From Nymphaea colorata (Eukaryota): DNA of 64,000 nucleotides. The stretch is taken from assembly GCF_008831285.2 (NCBI RefSeq), contig NC_045138.2, positions 3,906,001 through 3,970,000 on the forward strand. Direction: 5' to 3'. Of this stretch, positions 38,577 through 49,503 are shown piece after piece (position 1 is the stretch's first letter; each line of letters starts with the position of its first letter). The position numbers were made by a program, and so were the translations under genes. The notes beneath the pieces were generated by a model. That model saw only the letters and a list, made by a program, of their open reading frames with translations. It had not been told where the DNA came from and ran no database searches.

Positions 38577-41500
38577 TGATACGGTCCAACCTAGGACCAT
38601 GCCGAGGTCAGTCGGGGAAGTGGCCGAGAGTAGCCACCAAGGGCGGGGACAGCACGCCTTGCGCCAAGCACAAACCAACATGGGCCACATTGACCCACAT
38701 TCGAGTCAAGTGGGAGCAGAGGGTGGTGCAGGCCAAGGCGATAACACCAATAGTGAGGTTAAATAAACAATTAGAGTTGAAGCAGAGGGAGGTGCGGGCG
38801 GAGTTGCAACAGCTCTAAGTGAGGGAATTTAAGAAGCTCACGGCGTGGATCCAAGCTCCTCAACCGAAGACCAAGGAGGTGGGTCTAACTCCGGTTTAGA
38901 TTGAGTCCACCATAGGTCATGGTCGAACCCGGTCACTTAGGGCCAACCTAGGGTGAGCCTAGGCGGATTTAGATCTGAACCTAAGCCCAAACTCGTGCGG
39001 GTTAGGGGAGGATTAGTTTAGGAATCGCGACATTAAGTCTCAACCTTTATTTCTCGTAAATTTTGATTAAGCATTGCTTTTGCGCATTTGTTTTTTTGGT
39101 TTGGACGGGTTCAAATGTTTAAGAACTGGATTTAGATTCAAAACTATAAGTACTTTGTAATTTTTTCTCGCACTATGCAATTAATGAGATTTTGATTCAT
39201 TTGAGAAATTCCACTCTCTCTCCTCACGGCTCCTCTCCCCCTTGTGCACTCTCTTTCCCACGGCATCCCTCTTTTCTTCCTCATTTCTTTGAGGTGAAAC
39301 CGGCAGCCGTTGCCGGCCTTAACCCATCTTCCCAAAACCGAGGGTCTTTCTTCTCTCTTTGCCTTATTCTTTTCGTTTCTTCACATCCACTCGACCACAG
39401 TTTGGTGGCTTGAAGGTCCCTAAGTGCTCCGGTGCTAAGCGGTCTCCTTGCCCACGGTTTTCCCCACTTCAACTCATGGCATGCAAAGGTGCAACCTTTG
39501 TCTCCCACAAACGAAGGTTAGAGGCCAACTCGTCATTGGGAAGGCTACTTCCAACTTGGCCACAAGGAGTATAGCGTAGACATTTGATCGGAATTCAAAG
39601 GTTAGCGCTTGATCCTTTTTGGTAGAATTGTGCAACTTGTTGGAGACGTTTTAGGCAAGGGTTCAGCCATGTAATTGTGTTCTCTCCCTAGGTGATATCC
39701 CTAGAGATGAGACAGCAATCACATAGTCGAAACTTGGTTTAAAGTCCTTCTTACGAGTCACAAAGGAACCGTAGAGGACTCTTTCTCACGAGTTTGAAGC
39801 ATTTTCCACCGGTGAGGTTCTAGCGAAAATCCTTAGGTTTAAGCCTCGGTTTAGACCTGAGATTCCAGCTGGAATCCAGCGAGAAAAGTGTTGGAAAAGT
39901 ATCGAAAAGGGCATCAAGAAAAAGGAAAATAAGTAAAAGAATCATCACCCAAGAAAAAGAAGGAAAACGGCCAAGTTTGGTGCGATTTGGAGTTGAAACG
40001 TGGAGTTTTAGGCTCGCCGGAATTCTCAAATTCCGGCGACCGACCGTTGCTCTTTTTTCAGCGACATTTGGCATGCTCCGACTAGAGGATAAAGTAACCT
40101 TGGGACATGCAAAAGCCCTTCCACATTTGGTGTGGGCACATTTGAAAAATTGTGTGGCCAAGGGAAGATCGTCTAGGGTTTCTCCTTCCTAGCCACCGGT
40201 GCACATTTCGGACATTTGTGCCATTTTTCCTACATTTGAGGTAAGTGGATTTCCACTTTTGGCCTTTCGCAATTCTAATCATTTATCTTAGCCATGTGGC
40301 GGAAATCGGGAGGGGGAGAGATCGAGGGTGATTTAGCTTGTTTCTTCCTTCCACATTTGGTGCACAATTGGCCCCACACTTTTTCTCTCGTGTGGACACT
40401 TGGCACATTTGGTAGATAGGCATGAGAGCCACATGCTAGAAACCTCGACCTCTAGGAAACCCCCCAACCCTTCACACCACTTTACCTTTCCTTGTCGTCG
40501 CCACTTTAGAGGAACCATTACCTCTTTAGACGCCTCTCTTCCTACATTTGAGGAAGGTATCCCCCCACACGGTCCAGCCGCCTTTGCCTACATTTGGTAA
40601 CCTAGTCTTATTCTCTGCCACCTAGCTTTATCCTTCCTACATTAGATGAAGTCTTGCCCCACTCGCCCTTAACCCTAGCCGTCATTTCCATATCGATTCC
40701 CCTTCCCATTTCCATTTCCATTTTTGCTCGAGTACGCTAAAACCTACCCTTCCTAAAAAGTAGGAGTTGACTTTTAGGCCAAACCCCTCCCTTGTTTGAA
40801 CCCAAACCCGGGCCACTAAACCTAGCTTACCTAACCTACATTGTGTCAAAGTCTCACCCTCATCTGAGCCTAGTCTTAGGTCAACCCACCTACACCGAGC
40901 CTACCCTAGACAACCCGAGTCCTTGTTGGTCCACCTCCTAGGCGGCCACAGCCCTAGCACCCAGCGACCAGTGCCTACCTGCGACCAGCTACCGGCCTTG
41001 TCTGCGGCCAGTGACCAGCGCCTACCTACATATTGCGGCCGGCCACTAGCGCCTGCCAACAGGTCATTCGAGCTGATGCCATCAACATCCACAGCCTTAA
41101 CTTGGAATCGGGATTTCCTTGCCTTAAAGCTGTAATACCCGAAGGTCGATTATCACCTCATGGTCTGTTTGCTGCTCTTGCCAAGCTTGTCTTGGACGGT
41201 AACCTCTCTAGACCCCCTATAGATTGGTGGGAGGTAGTTTTTTTTTTTTTTTGCACTTTTCTTTTGGCCCAACTTTGGCCCATGTTGCACATAGAGGTAC
41301 CTCAGCGGCTCTTAGCCGAAGACATGACCTCATGGCAACTAGCCTCCTAAGGGTGGGAGTGGTTTGCTTTGATTAGGATTGGTTTGCATAGATTGTTGAG
41401 TGAGTTGTGAGAGATTTAAAAATTATATCGCTCACGCTTGTATTGGCCTCACAGCTTGTAGTTATTTGTAGTAGGATTTGCTTGGGATTTGGGATTTAAC

Positions 41501-41673
41501 CTCACTTGTATTCCTTAGACCTATTGGGTTTTAAGCCGGGGTTCCTGTCCGACTAGGTAGTGTCTTTGTAATTAATCTATCTTAGGTTAGTCTTGGGCTG
41601 TCTCAAGGTGATCTTAGGGGTAGGCACGGTAGTCGGCGTAGGATTTCGGTCGACAACGGGTTAGACCCTACCA
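38577..41673 (+). repeat. 3' LTR (3097 bp)
   Basis: TGATACGG...GACCCTACCA, preceded by the PPT. Confidence 0.95.
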
Positions 41674-44109
41674 GGACCCCACCATGCTGGACAAGCCGGG
41701 CTGGAATGTGGCCTTGGCCAGTAGCCAGCTAGAGCCTGGCTTGGTCATCGCCATGTTGGCCTATTCAACATGCATGCATACTGCTTGGGCACCCAAATGA
41801 GTGCCACCTTGCCCTAGCTCGTCCGCACAGCCCTCTCTCTCTACCATGTTGGATGATTCAAGGGCTAGGGTTGCCGCCTTGTGGCATCCAGCAATCACCA
41901 GCATGGCCTAGGTAGGTTGGGCCAGGCTGGACGACGGCATGTTAGGCTACTCCCAAGACCCTTAGGCTAGCACGATGCAACCTACTGAGTACAATCAGTC
42001 ACCCGGTTAGACAGATCCCCAACACAATCCCTCACGGTACATAGTAAAATTGACCCCAAATCATGCCAGAGAACCTACTCAATATGGAGGATAATAAAGA
42101 TTTCATTCAGCTGCAAAATATTTTATTGATCACTCATCGCACTCATCAAACTATGCAAGCATCATGTACTATGCCAAACCACACCCTCCTCTGCCATGAC
42201 TCAACTCCTCTCAACCAAGGGCTGTTTGACCAGTCTATTGGCAAACATGCCAAGGTGGCATTCAAACACCCACCCTGCCTAAGAGAGGGAGTGAACAAGC
42301 CTCACCAGTGGCCAACAGTGCCACCTCACAGCCACGATGACAAACTGGGCTTTTGAAGGCCTACTACAAGTGGCCAGTGGTGGCCAGCAAGGATCGACAA
42401 CAGTCTGCCATCTCAGCCACAGTTGATAGTGGCTGCCTGAGCTCTCACGATAGATGACTTTTTACTCAAAAGCTAGACATGTTGTCCTCCAATCATGCTA
42501 CAATCAGCTACTGGGTTTGTTTTTATTATCATCTATTATCACTCCAAATTTTTTCAAAAGATTATATTTTATTTGTTCGAACAACATTTCATCATTTTTT
42601 CAGCGATTTGGATCTAATTCGGACCCTGGGAGCAAGCTCGCCCCAAAAACAGACTTTTAGGTTTATATCCAAATCCAATTCTCAATCCTAGATTCAAAAT
42701 AAACCTTTAGATCCATGCTCAAATTCAAATCTCGACCCTAGATCCAAGACAGACCTTTAGATCCATATCCAGGTCCATTGCAAGATTTAGATACAAAATC
42801 CATCTGTAGATCAAGATTTGGACCCAAATCTAACATTGATCCAAAATACAAAGCCAAAGTCCATAATCAAGCCAAACCAGTGAAATCGGTTCCAAATTAG
42901 GAAAATGGATCCATAAAGCCTCTCCAAATTAGATCCAAAACCAAAGTTTGGATCCAGGTCAAGAATTCCAACCCAAAATCTAAAGTCGAAGTCAAAATAA
43001 CAATTTCCAAACACTATTTAGCGCCACCCACGGGCACAAACCTCCATTTTGTTTTGTCTGAAACTTTGAAAAATATGTTGAGCCCAAAAAACTCATCTAA
43101 CCCTTGATCCGAGCCTTGGGCATCGAATAAAATGCATTCACAACCAAACGAGCCTGGCACAACCCAAAACGAAGTTACAGACCCACTTTAACAAAAGGCT
43201 ACTTTACTTTTTGAAATTTTACTCCTAAAGAAATTATTTTTTTCAGTTGGGACACAACTCGAGAGGCCAGGAACGTAAATGCCACCCTTGTTGGCTTATT
43301 TCTGAGCCAAAATGGGACATTTTTCCTCCGCACAACAGCGGCAAATGCTGTCACGCATGGTCGTGCGACAGCACCAAAGGCACAGGTGCCCAGGGCGCAG
43401 GCCATATTTTGGGTTAAAACCCACTCCTTGGCTTAGTTAGGGGCCATTAGCCCTACCAGCACCCCCAAAAGGGTGTTTATAGGGCTAAGGGCCAATCCCC
43501 TTCAGTTAAGACCTACTCCTAATGCAACGGGAGCAGGAACAAGGTGAAATAAAATTTTTTTTTTTTTTTTTGCTCAAAATGTGCTTTTTTTCTTCTCTTT
43601 GCTCATTGAAGGTGTGCATTATTCATGTTTGAGATAATCTATATGTATAGCTGATTGATTTTTCAATTAATATGTGAATAAATGGTGAGAACGAGTGTTT
43701 GGGTGTGATTTCTTTGTTATTATGTTGGTAAAAATTTTATTATTGTCTTCCGCGTCAGTACGGAATTGTACACTGATGCGTGTGCTGGGATGTGGGTGAT
43801 AGTTTTCACCAATATTTTCTTCACCATTGGCCGCATCGAGTCGGTAAGACTTTTGCCAACCCATTGCTATGTTTTGCCGACGTTTTATGTATCCTTGGTT
43901 TTTTGTATTGTCACAGTTATACTCTCATTTTCAGGTTTCTTCAAAATCAAACTCCAACAACTTTCGATTCAAACATAAACAAAACCAATCCTCTAGTTCC
44001 TAAAATTACAATTAATTACTAGGAGTTAAATTACCTGACCAAAAAAGAGAGTCAGCACCTTCCCAGTACCTGTGTTGGTGTAAACAAGAGTTAGAATTGT
44101 TTAATGAAT

Positions 44110-44245
44110 TGTGTGCAGCAAAAGGGGGCCCTCCACATGCAAGCTGAAGCAGGGAGACGCGGCACCTCAAGGTACTAGAAGCAAACCCTATGTTCTAAAG
44201 GAAGGGAGAGTTGGGTGGGAGCTTTGGCTCTTTTCTAAGCCATAG
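44110..44245 (+). mobile_element. Old SINE-like repeat fragment (family also at about 46650-46835 + and 19305-19400 -)
   Basis: Shared core GCAAG(C/T)TGAAGCA..GGCA(C/A)CT(C/T)(A/G)AGGTAC..AAGCA..CCCT..GAGTTGGGTGG. Confidence 0.45.
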
Positions 44246-44944
44246 GATGAAATACTCCTCCTGGTCACCTAGATTGAGTTTTTGCATTTGCATTGAGCTG
44301 GGAGTGCCTTAGAGAAAACTGGAGCCAAGACTTGAAGAATGAACCTCAAGCCTACTTGTCAACTACTCATCCATTTGAAGACCTTTTATGCTAACATTAT
44401 CAGACATGTTATATGTATCATCTCTTTCGATCTTAACCAATTTTTGTTGAGCCGAAGAGTCAAGTCCTTTTAATTTGTGCTCAACCTGTTTATGCAATTG
44501 ATTTCATTTCTTAACTTGAACTCGACTCCTCTAATAAGTGAGTTGAGCTCAAGTCAAGTTTATGAGTAAGTTTGAGTCGAGATTAGGTTAGCTCAACTCG
44601 TTGAACAGCCCTGTTTGCATACATGTGTTCTCTGACAAAGCAAACTTGTAACTATGAACTTTGTGTTGAAGAACTCAATAATTAACTTAAAGAATGTGAT
44701 TTTTTATGCATAGATGATAATATAATTATAATAGATTTTTTTTGCCAAAATCATATTTTTAGTCTTGTCATTTGGAGATAAAGCATTTTACTCAATCAGT
44801 TAGTATAGATAGATTTCACAAATTGTTGTTTGCCAGAGGCTTACAGCGGGGATGTCAACAGATTGGATCTGGATCAGATATACATTGTACCGTATTCTAT
44901 TCTTCAGATATTTATATATTCGAATTGGAATGGAGATTTGAATG

Positions 44945-45006
<62 letters not shown>

Positions 45007-46649
45007 ATCTGAATTAGACTTTTACAATAAAAATCCAATTGGATAAAAGCACTAAAAACAAACAAATATTCAATCTGAATTTATATGTCCAAATCCAAAT
45101 TTAATTATTCGAATGTAGTGCCATAGTCAAAATCGGATTTTGAATATACGTCTATTTCAAGGTTCCTACACTTAAAAGTATTCTCCTCAAACAAAGTTGG
45201 TCCAGGCCCGCAACAGGCTTTATGCTGTCCTGATGTAATCCTCTCTCCCATCTTTTTATATATTTGACTAAATTTATCAACCGTCTGAACACCTGGTGTT
45301 GCCTTTCAGCTTACAAAGGAACTAAAGCAACAGAGTACCCATGAGCGCTTATTTTATTTATTAATTATTAAGACATGAGAACAACATTTTTCATTTAATA
45401 AATTTATTTCCATAGCAATTTAAGATAAACCAAATTTCCTAATATTTCATGGCAATTAATCATGTGAGCAAATGGAATTTATAAGAAACAAAGAAAAACA
45501 TAAATATATTTCAATATTGTTGTTATTGAAAAGGTTTACGTAAGTTCTTGAGGAACTTAATTCAATTTAACAAATTAAAAGAATAAAAAAAATTAGATAT
45601 AGAAACTTTATAGTTTGAGTACATAAATAGAGAGAGAAAATGTTATATTTCAATATTGTTGCGACTTATTCCACTTGTTTTTGCATATTAATTCATGTTA
45701 TGTTTGTATACTCCATTCTTTAATTTTATAGCTAATTTATTTTTACAACATTTTACCTTTTTCATATTAATGTTATTTCTGTACTACTCAATATTCATTA
45801 AAATGTTATTTCTATACTACTCATTATTCATTATATATAATTTCAAGTTTCTCAATGAAGTACTTTAATATTATCTTCAAATATTTAATCTTTACCCTTC
45901 TTTTCCAGTTCTACATATTTATCTAAGAAAGCTTGCTTCATTGGGAAATTAGTAAACAGTTCGTGCGTTTTGCATGATACATAAAAATCATTTGTTTGAT
46001 TGGTTAAGTAAATGATGTGACTTTTTTTTGTTGGTTGACTAAGTAAAACTTCTATTTTGAATCTTACCTACACGAAACATATTTATAAAGATTTTGAGTC
46101 TCAACGGCAATTGAAGGCCAATCACTATTATTATACCTGCAGTTGAAATATGTTTTGTATCAAATCAACAGGCAGTCATTCAGTCAGTCAACTATTCAGT
46201 GATTAATTTGATTTTAATGGGAATCATTAAATCGGTTTTAAAAAATCACTTTAGTGCACTCGAGTGCACTATTGCTTTATTTTTTTTAGAATAAAATTTA
46301 ATAAATGACGACTAGAACAAGTGTACATTAGTACTTTGTTGCTTTTGTCTCTTTGTGCACGGAAAGGCAACACTAGGCATTGAGAGTTTTCATAAATTTA
46401 ATCTTATATCCAAAGGGTGAGTGGTGAGAGGATGCCGTTTCAAAAGCATAAAACTGGCTAGTAAATAAAAGCAACTTTACTTGGATTATTGATTTTGATG
46501 CAACAAGCAAGAAAAGAAAGGCCATTTACAGACCCAATGTTTGGATCAATTTGTTTTTCATTTAGTTTTTTCCGTCAGTTGGCTTCTAAAAATATGAATT
46601 TGGAATTATACCAATAAAGAGACCCAAAGAACGGCTGAGATATCCCTAA

Positions 46650-46835
46650 AGGGGTTGGCACAATAGTTAGGCAGCAGGTTTAGTTTCTAATTCACGTGGC
46701 ATCAACCCTCTCTGCTGCAAAAAAAGGGTCACTAATGTGCAAGTTGAAGCACAGGGATAATGGCAACTTGAGGTACCGAAAGCAGGCCCTGCACCATAAG
46801 AGGATAAAAGGAGTTGGGTGGACACTTCAGCCTTC
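46650..46835 (+). mobile_element. Old SINE-like repeat, longest copy
   Basis: Starts with an A-box-like TGGCACAATAGTTAGG; core shared with the 44110 and 19305 copies. Confidence 0.45.
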
Positions 46836-47278
46836 CGTTGGGCAGTTTGAAACCCTGCTTACTCAAAACAGCTGAGACTAATAGAGAGGTTACTCAAAGA
46901 ATAAAACTAGGTAAAACAACAAAGAAGAAGAAATACTTAGGCAAAATATTTACCTCAAGTGCACAAGTGTTTTGGGTGCCTTTTATACATTTCTAGAAGC
47001 AGTCCCATTGTCTCCCTTACTTTGCATGGCATATGGTCCGCAAAAGGAAGATACTCCTTCAGATCAGATTTGAATCGAATGTATGCTATTAACATATTCA
47101 ATTTACCAAAAATTACATTAAATTCAAATTAAGATTTGAATGCTAATAAAAGAAAAGTTTATGTGAATCCAATTTTTAAATTTACAATCGAGATCCGATC
47201 CGATACCTAATTTTCATTTTAACATGATCAAAGTCTGAATCTAACATTTAAGTGTACAATAAAAAAGGATTGGCCAGC

Positions 47279-49158
47279 TGTTATCACCCCAATTTTTTTT
47301 TTTTTAAAGGGGTGTATTTCATTTTCACTCAAATCTCAATTATTTCATCTGGATTTAATTCTTGGGCCTTAAGCCCAATAGTAGACCCACAATAAATTCA
47401 CGATTAGTTGATTCAAAATGAATCTTAGACCTTTTTTTTTATCCCAAACACAAAATTCAAATTCAAACCCAACTTTAGATGCAACATTCAAACCCAAAAT
47501 CCAACTCTTGGATCCAAATTACATCCAAAATCTAAGTTTATATCTAAATCGAGAATTTCAAACTCAAAATCCAAAGCCGAGATCAAAACAACAAAATTTG
47601 ATGCTATCAAGCACTCATGTGCGCACACAAACCTTCCCTTTTGTTTCATCTATTGTCCTTGCACAAAAAATATGTTTCAAACTTAAACCACTCAATAGAA
47701 TGCATCGGTGACCGATTAAACCCAATCCGGATTTAATAACAAACCCCGAACCGCTCAAAACGGAGTCGGCCACCTATTTTTAATAAAAACAGTCTTTATT
47801 CAAAAGAAGATTTTCACATTCTTTTTATTATATTTATTCTTTGAACGACCCCCGGGAGGCTAGGGAGGCGAAATCCACCCCTTATTGGTCCATACAAGAC
47901 AATAAGGGGGGCATTTCACCCCCCCCCCCCCCCCATGCAAACTCGACGAGGCAGGGCCGTGCTAGTGCACGTGTTCGCATGCCGTGTGGTCGCGTGTGAG
48001 CAAGCCTTCGCGCATTGCGTGCAGCAGCGCACAATCTCACGTCGCGCGCAGCAGCACACATTTACACTGCTGCGTGCAATGTAATGCGTGCCAGGCGTTG
48101 TTGTGCCTTGTGTGCTGAAACCTCCCATTTTGATGAAAAATCGCCACTTGGGAGGCAGTTTTTGCACCTTTGGGTCGCCACTACTCCTGCCCATACCTCA
48201 ACGGAGTGTTTGCAAGGCTAACGGCCAATCCCACTTGGTCAAAACCTATTTTATAAAAAATTATTAAAATTATTCAAAAATGTTTGAAATTCGAATGAAA
48301 ATCTTGTTAAATTAAAAAAATTTCAAATTCTTGAATTTCTGCTCCAAAACTCTTTATAAATACCCCCACAATCTTCCATCTTAGGCATGGACTATCCCTT
48401 GAAAAATTTATAATGCTTCTTCACTTGAAGATTTAGAATTTTCTTCTCTATTTCTCTCTGTTATTTCTTCTTCTCCTTCTCCAAGTTCCAACTGTTCAAG
48501 CGAACATGAGAAGATACTAGAAATATGTAGTTCTTATTTTATTTTTCTTTATCCCTTCTTCATCTTCCTATCGACATGTAAGATAGCTCTCAAATCTCCT
48601 CTTTAGAGTCAAGAGCTATTTTTGAGTGCATCGGGAGCATGAAAATGTGAAATATGATTTCATTTTAGGAGAGAAACATGTTTCTCTCTTCTCTTAAATG
48701 TTGTTTTACTTTGAAATATTGTTCATGCAAAGTTGATTGATTTTTCTCATTTATATACAAACGAACGGTTATTATGTTGATTTTTGATGTTGGGATTTAT
48801 TCAACCCAGAAAAACCCTCATGAATATGTACATGTCATTCTTATGTTTAATTTCTTTTTAAATCACCTGATTATGAACCTCAATGTGTGCGTTATTTCAT
48901 TGCTTTCCATTCCATGTACATTGGATTTTTTTCATGTCCAATGGTGAGGGAAATATATTCTCTTTGCAAAACAATTACAATTTTATGTTCATATTTGGAA
49001 TCAAGTTTTTCAAAAGATTTTTCAAAGCAAATATCATCTCTAATGAGGCCTTGGAGACTTACCTTAGGCTCTTGCATTAGTCCAAGTTTCTCTCCGGCTA
49101 CATAGAAAAATTCAAGCCAGACATTTTCAAGTCGTTTCATGATTTTAATACTCATGAA

Positions 49159-49220
<62 letters not shown>

Positions 49221-49503
49221 ATATACATATATGTGCACATGATTATCTCTCTTTATCTTTATCTTTTTATGATTTAACACATTATTTTCCAAATTTTCAT
49301 ATATGTAAATATGAATATATATATGTGTGTATATTTCTCTCTCTTTCTCTCTTTCTTTTTTTTCTCTCTCTAGAGTTTCCTTTTTCCCTAAAAATCTTTT
49401 TCTCTAAAATCACTCAGCTTTTCTCTTTTTCTAAAATTTTCTTCTTCCTCTACATTCGATTTGATGTTTCCTTTTGATAAAATTTTCATATATGTATACA
49501 TAC
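47279..49503 (+). mobile_element. Diverged Ogre-family LTR (5' 2.2 kb), interrupted by the element starting at 49504
   Basis: Starts TGTTATCACCCCAATTTTT. TATAAATACCCCCA at about 48356. Segments 48780-48890 and 49040-49100 match 51645-51780 and 51890-51960. Confidence 0.7.

Larger units (their letters stand above)
29982..41673 (+). mobile_element. Full-length decayed Ty3/gypsy chromovirus LTR retrotransposon (Reina-like coding region)
   Basis: LTRs 29982-33266 and 38577-41673, both TG...CA. TSD GCACC/GGACC (1 mismatch). PBS TGGTATCAAAGCC at 33270 (iMet type). PPT AAGGAGGGTGGA at 38563-38574. Domain order gag-PR-RT-RH-INT-chromodomain. Confidence 0.95.
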
